A DNA stretch of 64,000 nucleotides from a virus: the IMG/VR virus record IMGVR_UViG_3300030503_000573, positions 9,084 to 73,083 of that record. One strand, given 5' to 3'. Positions 1 through 9,165 of this stretch are shown here, one piece after another. A program made the translations under genes and the position numbers. Numbering within the stretch: position 1 is the stretch's first letter; every line of letters starts with the position of its first letter. The notes below the pieces were generated by a model, which worked only from the letters and a program-made list of their open reading frames with translations, had not been told where the DNA came from and did not search any database.

Positions 1-15
1 CCAGCTCTGTGAGCC

Positions 16-357
16 TCACGGTGCCAGCAGCTCGACCATGGTCACGACGTCTCCAGCCGTTCCCGACAGCCAAATCTCGCCCTGCCAGACAGGCGCGGCC
101 CCACCAGTGAACTGCCCGTACGAAAAGCCCATCTCAGTGATGGGAATGCCGGGCATACCGGAATTGTTGACCGTGCTGTCGTACCAGAACCAGTCCGACC
201 CCGAGCCGCTGACCACGAAGGCTGTCCAACCCACCCTGGCCGGGTTCGCTGGCAGGGCGCGCTGGGCTACTGTGTCCTGAGCGACCGTGACATTCGTGTT
301 CTTGGTCGATGAGGCCGTCGTATTCGATGGCCAGACTGGTATTGGCCCCTGCGGCAT
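16..357 (-). CDS. Hypothetical virion protein (neck/head region)
   Basis: 113-aa ORF downstream of the head-tail adaptor in the late operon; GGAG-like RBS upstream. Confidence 0.5.
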   Translation of the reverse strand: MPQGPIPVWPSNTTASSTKNTNVTVAQDTVAQRALPANPARVGWTAFVVSGSGSDWFWYDSTVNNSGMPGIPITEMGFSYGQFTGGAAPVWQGEIWLSGTAGDVVTMVELLAP

Positions 358-381
358 CGTCTACCCCCCTGGTGGAGGGGG

Positions 382-897
382 CTACGGCGTCAGCCCCCAC
401 AGCGTGCCGACCTTCTGCGCCTCGCCCAGGTAGAAGCGCCCGTAAGGCGTCTGCAGCAGCTGGAGGTCGTCGATGGTCAGGTTCTCAAACGCCTTCGACA
501 CCGTCATGCTCTGCGAGGTGCCATCGTCGCCAGTCGAGTTGATGACCCCGGCGACGAACCCGTTGAGGTTCCACAGCGCCCGCCAGTAGGCGAAGTACGG
601 CAGGGAATCTTCGCAGTTGGGCGGGTTCTTGTACGGCAGGGCGTTGGGCACGTCCGGACACCACTGGAACAGCCGGGCCGCCGCGAGGTTGTACACGCAC
701 AGCATGTACACCGGCCCAGGCACCTGCTGGAGCTGGGCGTTGACCTGGCCAAGGGCCCAGTTGTAGGTCCAGCCGATCCACTCCGACGTCGCCGGCAGCG
801 AGACCGGCGGGATGCCGATGGTGTCGTACAGGAAGGTGCTGTAGCCGGCCAGCGTGGGGCACGGCGTGAACACCATCTGCGGAGGGCAGGAGCCCAT
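382..897 (-). CDS. Head-tail adaptor/neck protein (DUF4054-like)
   Basis: C-terminal G-V-I-N-S...QTPYGRFYL pattern typical of DUF4054-like adaptors; position after capsid. Confidence 0.65.
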   Translation of the reverse strand: MGSCPPQMVFTPCPTLAGYSTFLYDTIGIPPVSLPATSEWIGWTYNWALGQVNAQLQQVPGPVYMLCVYNLAAARLFQWCPDVPNALPYKNPPNCEDSLPYFAYWRALWNLNGFVAGVINSTGDDGTSQSMTVSKAFENLTIDDLQLLQTPYGRFYLGEAQKVGTLWGLTP

Positions 898-921
898 GCG
901 CCGGCCCTCCTGGGCTTCGTG

Positions 922-1512
922 CTACGCCGCGCGCCTCGCCGGGGCCTTGCCGCCCCGCTTGGGGCCGCCCTTCGGCGGAGCCTCACGGCGAACGCGGATG
1001 CCCTCCTCCAGGCGGGGGCCGTCGTCGTTGTCGCTCGGGCCCTCGACCTGCTCAAACTCGACGTCGACCTTGTCGGGCACCGCGATGTCGGTGTTCATCG
1101 CGGCGTTCATCTCCTCGACCTGGTGCACGATGGCGTCAGACGAGACGATGGCCGCGTTGCGGCGGCGCACCTGGCCCTCGTGGGCCTTGAGGCCCTTGTT
1201 CATGCGGAAGATGTCGTTGATCTGGTTGGCCGTCATCTGGCGGCCCTCCTGGTAGATCAGCGTCACCACCGCGCGGCTCCGCTTGGCCTCCTCGGGCGTC
1301 TTGGCCCCGTAGGTCTTGAGCTGCTCGATGATCTCCGAGACCTGGGGCGGGGCGAGGTCGCCGTGGATGGGCTGCTGCTCGCCCGGGCGCAGGGGGGTGT
1401 GCTTGTTCCCCTGGAGGCGCGGGTTGAGCGGCATGCCGTCGGCGGCGAAGTCCAGGCGGTAGTAGAACCGCTGGTGCTGCCGGGTCGGGTTGGCGAGGAA
1501 AATCTTGGTCAT
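922..1512 (-). CDS. Conserved hypothetical protein following major capsid
   Basis: 196-aa ORF with RBS; syntenic position in DUF2213-type head modules. Confidence 0.55.
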   Translation of the reverse strand: MTKIFLANPTRQHQRFYYRLDFAADGMPLNPRLQGNKHTPLRPGEQQPIHGDLAPPQVSEIIEQLKTYGAKTPEEAKRSRAVVTLIYQEGRQMTANQINDIFRMNKGLKAHEGQVRRRNAAIVSSDAIVHQVEEMNAAMNTDIAVPDKVDVEFEQVEGPSDNDDGPRLEEGIRVRREAPPKGGPKRGGKAPARRAA

Positions 1513-1575
1513 GTCCGGGGCTCCCTCAAGCTGGACGGTGGGTGGGGGTCGGGCGCGGCGGCGAGCCGCGCCCGC

Positions 1576-2595
1576 CTAGCTGTACGGAACGGAGATGATG
1601 GTGGTCGCCTGGGGTCGCACCGGCCACCCCGAGGAGATGCGCCACTCGGTGAGGTAGTCGGTCGCCCCGCCGGCCAGGGGCGAGATGATCTCGCGCGGCG
1701 CGGCCATGTCCGAGTACTGTGCGTTGCACGTCTTGTTGCCGCTCAGCAACTTGGCAAACTCGTTGGTGCTGGGCTTGCGGGCCGCCGGCTTGGTGAGCTC
1801 CGGCATGGTCAGGATCAAGGCGTCGGTGCCGCCAGCCCCGGCCCCGATGAGGGTGTCATCGTAGGTCCAGGTCAGCTTGTCGCCGTTCTTGAGCAGCACC
1901 TCCTTGAAGACACCGGCGGTCGAGTCAGTGCCCGCGCCCTGGCGCTGGTACTGGGTCAGCTGGACCACGTTGTACTCGAACAGCCCGAGCACCCGCTGCG
2001 GGCCGATGAGGGTGAATTCCTTGCCGATGCCCAGCTGGAGGGTCCGGGTCTTGATGCCCGCGACCTCCTGCATGAGGAAGAAGGCGAACTCGCCGTTGTC
2101 GTAGCTCTGGGCCGTTGTGTGGCCCCACTGGTCGGGCGGCAGCGTGACGGCGAGCGCGCCGTTGGCGTTGATGATACCCTCGCCGTTCTGCGGGTTCATG
2201 CCGTGGATGCACGCATCGCGGGCAAGCTGGTAGTGGGCCTGGCGGGAGCCCAGCTGGTAGCCGTCGGGCACCGCGATGTTCCAACGGCCGCCGGCCGAGA
2301 CGTCGTGGTGGTCCCAGTTTGACCGCACGCGGGTCAGGTAGGTCGCGGTCGAGAAGTACGAGGCGACCAGGTCCACGCCCGGCAGCTCATTGTAGCTCGA
2401 CTGGCCGACCGCGATCTTCGTGCGGAGGTTGAGCTGGCGCATGTACACGGCCAGGTCGTCCTCGCCGAGGCGGGCCCTGATCTCCCCCTCAGAGAGGAGC
2501 TCGATGAAGCCCGAGGGCTGGGAGTACTGCAGCAGAATCTCGGGCTCGGAGAAGCTCGGGTCCACCGTGATGTATGCGGGGGCCTGCAGGGCCAT
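1576..2595 (-). CDS. Major capsid protein
   Basis: 339 aa, GAGGA RBS, strong codon bias, follows scaffold and cement genes; resembles capsids of DUF2213-type phages. Confidence 0.8.
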   Translation of the reverse strand: MALQAPAYITVDPSFSEPEILLQYSQPSGFIELLSEGEIRARLGEDDLAVYMRQLNLRTKIAVGQSSYNELPGVDLVASYFSTATYLTRVRSNWDHHDVSAGGRWNIAVPDGYQLGSRQAHYQLARDACIHGMNPQNGEGIINANGALAVTLPPDQWGHTTAQSYDNGEFAFFLMQEVAGIKTRTLQLGIGKEFTLIGPQRVLGLFEYNVVQLTQYQRQGAGTDSTAGVFKEVLLKNGDKLTWTYDDTLIGAGAGGTDALILTMPELTKPAARKPSTNEFAKLLSGNKTCNAQYSDMAAPREIISPLAGGATDYLTEWRISSGWPVRPQATTIISVPYS

Positions 2596-2661
2596 TGATG
2601 TCTTCCTCTGATGGAGGGGTGGGGACTAGGGCCTCGCGACCCCGGCGGAGGTGAGGCGGCT

Positions 2662-3525
2662 CTAGATTTGGATGACCGCGCAGGAGCCGTTGAAGTTGTA
2701 GTTCGCGGTGTTGGTCTCAGAGTCGTACTCGACGGTGAGGCACCCGGTCGGCTGGACGTCGAGCACCTGGACGTTGATGGCCACCCCGGTGGTCAGCGAG
2801 CCGCCGGTGATGGTCAGCGTCAGGCCGGTCGCGATGGTGTACGTCACGGTCGACCCGGTGGTGCCGGGGCCGGTGGTGAACGTGCCGTTGATGTCGGCGA
2901 ACGAGCCGGTGCCGGTGGCAGACGAGACCGTGACGCTGTCGCCCGGCGAGAGGTTCGCCGCGCTGGCCAGCGTGAGGGTGACCTCGCCGGTGGTGGAGTT
3001 GTAGGTGCCGGACGAGACGGTGATGGCGCCGGTCGCCGGGATCAACAGCTGGTTGACATAGTCCCAGGCCACTGCCGCCGCGAGCGGGCCGCCCCGCAGG
3101 TCGACGAGCGCCGGGTCACAGGCCACCGCGATGCGGGCGAACGACCCGAACGGGTAGTAGTTGACCTGCATGCCGGAGCCCGACATCGGCACGTTGCTGT
3201 CCGGCTGAATGATGGCCGAGTAGTTCTGGTCAGAGACCGAGAACCCGGCCAGCGGGTAGGAGCCGCCGGTGTAGCTGGTGGCGCGGCCGATGATCGGCCC
3301 CATGCCCACGAACGGGCCGCCGGAGCCGCCCGGCACCGAGGCGTAGACCCCGCACCCACCCCACATGGGAATCGTCTCGCTGTTGGCGAGGTAGCCGCCC
3401 CTCAGCCGGAACCGGCTCGACGGGTCGGGGTAGGCCGTGCCTTGGACCAGGCCTGCGGCGCTGGCGTCGGCGAAGAGGCCCTGGCCCACACCGGTGGACA
3501 GGGGGAACGGGACGTTGGCGGTCAT
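2662..3525 (-). CDS. Capsid cement/decoration protein with inserted Thr/Gly-rich beta domain
   Basis: Position between scaffold and capsid; WGG motif; internal Thr/Ser/Gly-rich insert. Confidence 0.65.
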   Translation of the reverse strand: MTANVPFPLSTGVGQGLFADASAAGLVQGTAYPDPSSRFRLRGGYLANSETIPMWGGCGVYASVPGGSGGPFVGMGPIIGRATSYTGGSYPLAGFSVSDQNYSAIIQPDSNVPMSGSGMQVNYYPFGSFARIAVACDPALVDLRGGPLAAAVAWDYVNQLLIPATGAITVSSGTYNSTTGEVTLTLASAANLSPGDSVTVSSATGTGSFADINGTFTTGPGTTGSTVTYTIATGLTLTITGGSLTTGVAINVQVLDVQPTGCLTVEYDSETNTANYNFNGSCAVIQI

Positions 3526-3591
3526 GGGAGAGCTGCCTCTGCTGAGAGTGGGTTGTGGTTGGGCGGGGCGGCCCCCCGGCCGCGCCCGGGC

Positions 3592-4482
3592 TTAGGCGCG
3601 GTCGGCGACCGAGACGACCGACTGGCGCGCCCCGTCCGCGAAGTCGTCCATCCAGGAGCGGGTGCGCCCGTAGTAGGTGCGCACCGTGTGGCCGCCGGGG
3701 GTGCGGTGCTCGTCGCACCTCAGCACGCCCTCGGGCACCGAGATGGGGGCCTTGGCCACCTTGGCGGCGTCGGCGAAGACCTCGCGCTCGATGTTGTCGA
3801 AGGCGACGCCGTCAGAGACGGCGTGGAGGTTGGCCTTCTCCCACGCCGGGGAGTGAACCTTGAGCTTGCCGACGATGCGGCGGCGGTAGGCCGGCAGGTC
3901 CTCGCCCAGAAGCGGACGCGGCGCGTGGTCGCCAAAGGCGGCGAAGGCGGCGTCGGCCCGGCCCTGGTACTCCAGCATGTCGTTGTGGTCGCCGTCCGAG
4001 ATGTTCTTGGGCACCAGACGCTCGACGTCGGAGATGCGGCGGCCGAGCTTGTCGAGCTTGCCGAGCACCGCAGAGAAGGCGTCGGCCATCTCCTTGGGCA
4101 TCTCGCCGTCCTTCATGGCGCCGTCCTTCTTCTTGTCGGCCACGACCTCCTTGGGCTCGTCTTCGCCCCGGTCTTCGCCCTCGTCCTTCTTGGCGTCCTT
4201 CTTGCCGTCTTCCTTGGCCTCCGGCTCTTCCTCGCCGTCGGCCTTCTTCTCGTCCGGCTCGTCCTCGCCGTCCTTCTTGTCTTCCTTGGCCTCGCCCTCC
4301 GGCTCGTGCTCACCGTCCTCGCGCTCCTCCAGGGCGTCGAGGCGCGAGCCGAAGTCGTCGAGCCGCGCGTCCAGCTTGGACAGGAACTTGTCCAGCATGG
4401 TGCCGCCGTCGGCATCCTTCTTGTCTTCTTCGCCTTCTTCGGCGTCGTGGCGGAACTCAGGCGCGAGGCGCTGGGTCATCAT
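3592..4482 (-). CDS. Capsid scaffolding protein
   Basis: Highly acidic/charged low-complexity N-half; AGGAG RBS; overlaps the DUF2213 gene stop by ATGA. Confidence 0.7.
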   Translation of the reverse strand: MMTQRLAPEFRHDAEEGEEDKKDADGGTMLDKFLSKLDARLDDFGSRLDALEEREDGEHEPEGEAKEDKKDGEDEPDEKKADGEEEPEAKEDGKKDAKKDEGEDRGEDEPKEVVADKKKDGAMKDGEMPKEMADAFSAVLGKLDKLGRRISDVERLVPKNISDGDHNDMLEYQGRADAAFAAFGDHAPRPLLGEDLPAYRRRIVGKLKVHSPAWEKANLHAVSDGVAFDNIEREVFADAAKVAKAPISVPEGVLRCDEHRTPGGHTVRTYYGRTRSWMDDFADGARQSVVSVADRA

Positions 4483-5732
4483 GATCTCCTGCTGTTCTGT
4501 CTGCGTCGCCGGGCGGCCATGGACCCCAGCTGAGCATCAATGAGGGCTGCCTTGGCCGTCAGCAGCCGAAGTGTTGAGCTGTAGTCGCGGCGCGGGGCCG
4601 GCTCGGCGTCGGCCCGCACAAGCTCGCGCTCGGCGGCGTCCGCAATCGAGATGCCCTCGCTCACGCCCTGCTTGTCCCAGACCCCAGCGGGCACCACCGC
4701 CAGGTGGTCCAGCAGCGAGGGGTGGCCCTCCAGCAGGAACGGCGTGCCGTCCTCCATCTGGAGGCGAGAGTTGACCCCGGGCTCGCGGAAGACGACCGCC
4801 GGGCTGGTGCTGAGGCCCTGCTCCACGATGGCGCGGGCTGCCGACTCGTCGTAGACCCGGGCGATGGCCCAGACCTCGCCGTCCTGCGGCCGCGCGCCGA
4901 AGCGCAGGTAGGCAAACATCAGCGCCCCGATGATGCGGTCGAGGAACTCCTTGGTGTCGAGCGTCGCCTTGTCCTTCGGGTGTGCCATGATCACCGGCAG
5001 GCCGGCACAGCGCGCGCAGAACTCGGCGTTCATGTAGAGCGCCGGGTCTCGCCACACGTACTCGGTGACCGCCGTGCGGTAGCTCAGCCCGGTGCCGGTG
5101 ACCCGCATGGCGAAGAGCCAGCAGTTCTCATAGCGCTGGGGGCTCGTGAGCCGCCCGGCCATGATGGCGCGGGCCACGCCCAGCTCGTCCATTCCTCCCC
5201 GGTCGAGGGCCACCCGCGCCCCGGGGTGAAGCGGCTCGGGCGGCGCGCTCACGTCGGCCCAGCACCACGCCGTGTGCTCGTCTGAGAGCACCGGCAGGAA
5301 CTCGCGCTCCACCTGGGCACGGAAGGTCGTGTAGTCAACGTCGTCAGACGGGGGCGGCGGAGCTGCCGTGGGGTCCGAAGCTGGTCGAGGGCCCAGAGGC
5401 GGCCCCACGGCGGCCCCCGCCTCGACGGCTTGCGCCGCCGCTGCAGCTACGGGGTCTTGTGTGCCGGCCGGGTCGGCGGTGTTGGCCTCGACCTCGGCCG
5501 GTGTCTCTCGCGGCGCGATGGTTCGCACCCAGTCAGCCAGCTGGTCGACCGGCACCTTGAGGCCGCACTCCTCTGCGGTCTCGCGCACGGCGGCCTCGGC
5601 CGGGCCCTCGCCTTCCTCCAGCTGGCCGCCGGGGAACGCCCACTGGCCGGGATGGTCAGACCCCGGGCCACGGCGCAGGAACAGCGCGCGGCCGGCCGGC
5701 GTGGTCAGAAGGATGCCGGCGCCCTTAAGCAT
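4479..5732 (-). CDS. NUDIX hydrolase-DUF2213 (putative prohead protease) fusion
   Basis: Intact NUDIX box GGQLEEGEGPAEAAVRETAEECG; C-half GLPVIMAHP...STSP...DHLAVVPAGVWD typical of DUF2213. Confidence 0.8.
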   Translation of the reverse strand: MLKGAGILLTTPAGRALFLRRGPGSDHPGQWAFPGGQLEEGEGPAEAAVRETAEECGLKVPVDQLADWVRTIAPRETPAEVEANTADPAGTQDPVAAAAAQAVEAGAAVGPPLGPRPASDPTAAPPPPSDDVDYTTFRAQVEREFLPVLSDEHTAWCWADVSAPPEPLHPGARVALDRGGMDELGVARAIMAGRLTSPQRYENCWLFAMRVTGTGLSYRTAVTEYVWRDPALYMNAEFCARCAGLPVIMAHPKDKATLDTKEFLDRIIGALMFAYLRFGARPQDGEVWAIARVYDESAARAIVEQGLSTSPAVVFREPGVNSRLQMEDGTPFLLEGHPSLLDHLAVVPAGVWDKQGVSEGISIADAAERELVRADAEPAPRRDYSSTLRLLTAKAALIDAQLGSMAARRRRQNSRRS

Positions 5733-5741
5733 GTGGTACTC

Positions 5742-6092
5742 CTAGCGGCCGGGGCCGCCGGAGCCCCTGATGGTGCCTGCCGCACGGCCGTTGGGCTGGG
5801 CGGCGGGGTCGGCAAGCGGTGCCTTGAGCGCGTGGGCGAACTGCTGGCGCTGGACCTCGCTCAGGTCTGCCAGCGCCAGCGTAAGCGTCATCATCGGCAG
5901 GGTCGAGGCCGTCGGGTCGGTGCCCAGCGAGGGCACGTCCCACCGAGAACCGGCCGCGATGTACGGCTTGCCCTCGACGACGACCATCTGGCCCAGGGGC
6001 GGGGTGTCAGGCCCGGCGCAGTACCCGAGCTGCTCCTCCTTCGCGCCCGGGCCGAGGCCAGACAGTGCGGTGATGCGGTACTTGATTGCCAT
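5742..6092 (-). CDS. Hypothetical protein
   Basis: 116-aa ORF with GGGAG RBS in the late operon. Confidence 0.5.
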   Translation of the reverse strand: MAIKYRITALSGLGPGAKEEQLGYCAGPDTPPLGQMVVVEGKPYIAAGSRWDVPSLGTDPTASTLPMMTLTLALADLSEVQRQQFAHALKAPLADPAAQPNGRAAGTIRGSGGPGR

Positions 6093-6128
6093 GTGGTGTG
6101 CGGCTCCCTCAAGCCGGTGGTGCGAAGT

Positions 6129-6296
6129 CTAGGTGCCTGTGTGGGCTCCGCCAAGCTGGGTGATCGCCCAGATGATCGAGGCTGCGAACCACAGGCCAAA
6201 GGCGATGAGCCGGGCCTTGGGCCAGGCCCCGGCCGCGTCGAGCAGCATGAACAGGAAGCCGACGACGACCAGAATGACGAACAGGATGGTGACCAT
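6129..6296 (-). CDS. Small two-TM membrane protein (55 aa, not in ORF track)
   Basis: MVTILFVILVVVGFLFMLL...LIAFGLWFAASIIWAI; AGGAGG RBS upstream. Confidence 0.6.
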   Translation of the reverse strand: MVTILFVILVVVGFLFMLLDAAGAWPKARLIAFGLWFAASIIWAITQLGGAHTGT

Positions 6297-6349
6297 GGGG
6301 TGGTCCTCCTTGCAGTGAGCCGCCCCCGGCTGTTGTGGTGTGAACGCGC

Positions 6350-6949
6350 CTAGCCGGCGTCGGCTCCCTCGGCGCGGCGGCGTTCCTGCTTGTTCTCGCG
6401 GCCCTCACGGTGGTGGCCGTGGGAGTCGTCCTTCCCGATGGGCCCGGCGCGCTTGTCGCCGAGGTTCTCCAGGCCGGCGTCCATCGCCGCACAGTCCCGC
6501 ACCCGGCGCTCGGCCCGCCGCGTCGCCACCGCGTCACACCGGCGGGCGAGGCCGTCCAGCTTGGCGCACGCAGCGTCGAGGCGCTCGGCGGCGTCGGCGA
6601 GGTACTCGGGCTTCATGAGCGAGGCGGCCTCCCTGATGGCAAGCGCGACGGTGGAGGGGTCCTTGTTGATGTCCAAGTCCGCGTCCTTGCGCATCGGTGC
6701 CCTCCCGGCCAGCAGTCGGTTGATGGCGCTCACCTCACGACCGGAGAGCTTCTTGCCACCCGTCACGCCCGGAGTGTGTCCAGCCTTGACAGGCGTGTAC
6801 TCGAAGCGGCCCTTGGGGGTGTCAGCGTCCATCTGCCCGTCCTTTCCCACAAACTCCTTGCCCACGGCCTGCGGCACCCCGCCGTAGCCACCCTTGGTGT
6901 GTGCGGCTGCCTCCATGAGGCGGTGCTGGGCCGGGCTCTTGGTGGGCAT
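6350..6949 (-). CDS. Putative internal head protein
   Basis: N-terminal MPTKSPAQHRLMEAAAH...GVPQAVGKEF motif seen in DUF2213-type head modules; R/K-x-D-A motifs. Confidence 0.55.
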   Translation of the reverse strand: MPTKSPAQHRLMEAAAHTKGGYGGVPQAVGKEFVGKDGQMDADTPKGRFEYTPVKAGHTPGVTGGKKLSGREVSAINRLLAGRAPMRKDADLDINKDPSTVALAIREAASLMKPEYLADAAERLDAACAKLDGLARRCDAVATRRAERRVRDCAAMDAGLENLGDKRAGPIGKDDSHGHHREGRENKQERRRAEGADAG

Positions 6950-6960
6950 CAGCAGACCCC

Positions 6961-7755
6961 TCAGTACTTCAAGGCTTTGGCCATATTGCGCTCGGCAGCC
7001 TCGGCGGCCTGCTTTGCCGCCTCCATCTTGCCCTCGCGCGCCAGCCCAGAGGCCATCTTAAAGCCCTCCTCTGCCATGCCGAAGTTTACGGATCGGCTCT
7101 GGAGGTTCTTCGCATACTCACTGCTGAGGTCGATGCCCCTCAGCCGGCGAGCTATGTCAGCCATGTTTGAGTAGGCCTGCTTTGACTTCTGCAGCCAAAC
7201 CTTGGCCTGCGGATCAACCGCATCCCGCTTCCCCCGCCGGTTCAGCACCCGCTCGATAGCCTCGCGCTCCTTGGGGCCGAGGTAGTCGGAGGGCTTCTCG
7301 CCGTCGAGCCGCACGCTGCCTTGCTTCACCACCTCGAGCCGGCGCTCGGCGATGTGGACCGCCTCGCGCTTGGCCTCCTCGGCAGAGAAGGCCCGCACCT
7401 CGACCTTGATGGTGTGCTCGGTGCCGCCCTTGTCCATGCCGGTGACGTGGACGGTGAAGGGGGTGGCGGTGGTCTTGTCGCGCCGCCCGCTCCCGGTCAC
7501 CTGGCTCTTCTGATACTCCACGAACACCTGGACCCGCTTGCCGTTGGGCATCTGGACCTGGCAGTGGCGGCCCTCGACCGGGTCCGAGAACAGCTCCCAG
7601 CGGCCCTCTCGCGCGCCGGCCTCCAGCTGGGCCTTGGTGCGACGCGTGTCGGCATCCCGCCGCGCCCGCCGCCGGGTGATCGCATCCGCTCGGGCGCTCA
7701 GCCCGTCGAGCTTGCCGATGACGCGGTCGAAGCGGTCTTCGGTGGCTGCGTCCAT
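6961..7755 (-). CDS. Putative internal head protein
   Basis: 264 aa with repeated R-x-D-A motifs; located between minor head and protease genes. Confidence 0.5.
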   Translation of the reverse strand: MDAATEDRFDRVIGKLDGLSARADAITRRRARRDADTRRTKAQLEAGAREGRWELFSDPVEGRHCQVQMPNGKRVQVFVEYQKSQVTGSGRRDKTTATPFTVHVTGMDKGGTEHTIKVEVRAFSAEEAKREAVHIAERRLEVVKQGSVRLDGEKPSDYLGPKEREAIERVLNRRGKRDAVDPQAKVWLQKSKQAYSNMADIARRLRGIDLSSEYAKNLQSRSVNFGMAEEGFKMASGLAREGKMEAAKQAAEAAERNMAKALKY

Positions 7756-8066
7756 CAGACTACCACCAGCTCAGGCAGCATGCGAACCGTCCAGATCAGC
7801 ACCCGCGCCCGGTTGTGCCAGCTGAGGGTCGGCAGCTCGGTGAGCAGCATGCGCGCGACGGCCCGGCGCGCAGCCGAAGCCCAGAGCCGGCGCTGATAGC
7901 GACCCCAGGCCCTCACATCGGCGTCGCTGAGGTCAAGTTCCTCTGCAGTCAGCATGCGGGGCGGCACGCCATAGGCGCGGCTCACCATGTCAATCAGGCG
8001 GTCAAAGACCTTGTCCCGGCTGCTGGGCGAGGCCGGGTCGTAGGCCACCGGGCCGTTCTCCACCAT
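7755..8066 (-). CDS. Hypothetical protein
   Basis: 103 aa with GAGGAGG RBS. Confidence 0.5.
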   Translation of the reverse strand: MVENGPVAYDPASPSSRDKVFDRLIDMVSRAYGVPPRMLTAEELDLSDADVRAWGRYQRRLWASAARRAVARMLLTELPTLSWHNRARVLIWTVRMLPELVVV

Positions 8067-8076
8067 CAGGCCCTCC

Positions 8077-8928
8077 TCACTGACCAGCCGCCACCATAGC
8101 CTGGGCGCGCTCCAGCGCAGCTGCGCCTTTCTTTGTAAGACACTCCTTCGGCAGGTGCCTCAGGTTGTAGATGTACCGGTACCGGCAGCGGCAGAAGGGC
8201 TCCTCGGCTGGCCGGGTGACCTCGTCTGTGTAAAGGTGGCCCGCCTTGGCCACGAACCCCTGCTTCTCAGCCCAGGAGCCGCGCACCAGGTAGACCACCC
8301 CGTCACGCCGCTTGTGGTCAGGCCGGTAGTCATACCCCACCTCCCGCCAGTTCGAGTGCCACTCGGCCGCGATGGCCCCGCCGTCGGTCGCCACCACCTC
8401 GTTGACGCTGCTGACGAGCTTGTGACCCTGGTCGATGAGCACCCGGCGGTGCTCGTACGGCAGCTGGCGCAGCGGCTTGGTGATCTCCGCCTTCTGCTTG
8501 CGCTTCTTGGTCGTGTCCTCGGCCCCGCCGCGCGGCAGGCTCGTCCCCCACCCCGAGAAGCGGCGCAGGGTCTCCTCGACCCTCTGGGCCTTGTTGAGGC
8601 GGATGAGGTCCGCCGCCGCCAGTATGCGCCGGTCCAGCTCACTGCGAAGGTGCGGCTTGATGCGCTCCAGCGTGAAGCGGTCGAGCCCAAAGTGAAACCG
8701 GGAGATCGCCCCCCGGTCGACGTAGCGGCGGTAGACGGCCCCGAGCCCGGCGCGAAGCCAGCCCAGCACGGTCTCGTCTGAGGCAGTGGACGCCTCGGCA
8801 GCCTCGCGCAGCCGACGCTGCCAGTACAGCAGCCGCTCGGGGGTGTCGAAGCCGTGCTCGACCATGTCGCCGACGGCGGCCGTGACCACCTCGAAGTAGC
8901 TCGCGCCCGGGGGTGGCGGGGCGGGCAC
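8077..8928 (-). CDS. Minor head/head morphogenesis protein (Mu gpF/SPP1 gp7-like)
   Basis: WHS...YRPDH...PAEEPFCRC motif; follows portal. Confidence 0.8.
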   Translation of the reverse strand: MPAPPPPGASYFEVVTAAVGDMVEHGFDTPERLLYWQRRLREAAEASTASDETVLGWLRAGLGAVYRRYVDRGAISRFHFGLDRFTLERIKPHLRSELDRRILAAADLIRLNKAQRVEETLRRFSGWGTSLPRGGAEDTTKKRKQKAEITKPLRQLPYEHRRVLIDQGHKLVSSVNEVVATDGGAIAAEWHSNWREVGYDYRPDHKRRDGVVYLVRGSWAEKQGFVAKAGHLYTDEVTRPAEEPFCRCRYRYIYNLRHLPKECLTKKGAAALERAQAMVAAGQ

Positions 8929-9165
8929 CTACCCACCCCTGTCGTTCAGCTGCCGGTACGCCCGGGCGAACGCGTCAAAGCTCGCCTCGACCATCATGAG
9001 CGCCTCTTCCCTCGCGTCGTCGGCCTCGGCGTAGCGGGCCTGCCCGCTCAGCTGGTGGAAGATGGCGCTCAGGTCGTTGAACTTCATGAAGGCGATGCGG
9101 CCCTCGGCGATGTGGCTCATCGGCTCGGGGCGCTCTTCCCTCACCCACGGCTTGTTCTTGCTCAC
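8929..9165 (-). CDS. Hypothetical protein
   Basis: 78 aa, fills the gap between portal and minor head genes. Confidence 0.5.
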   Translation of the reverse strand: MSKNKPWVREERPEPMSHIAEGRIAFMKFNDLSAIFHQLSGQARYAEADDAREEALMMVEASFDAFARAYRQLNDRGG

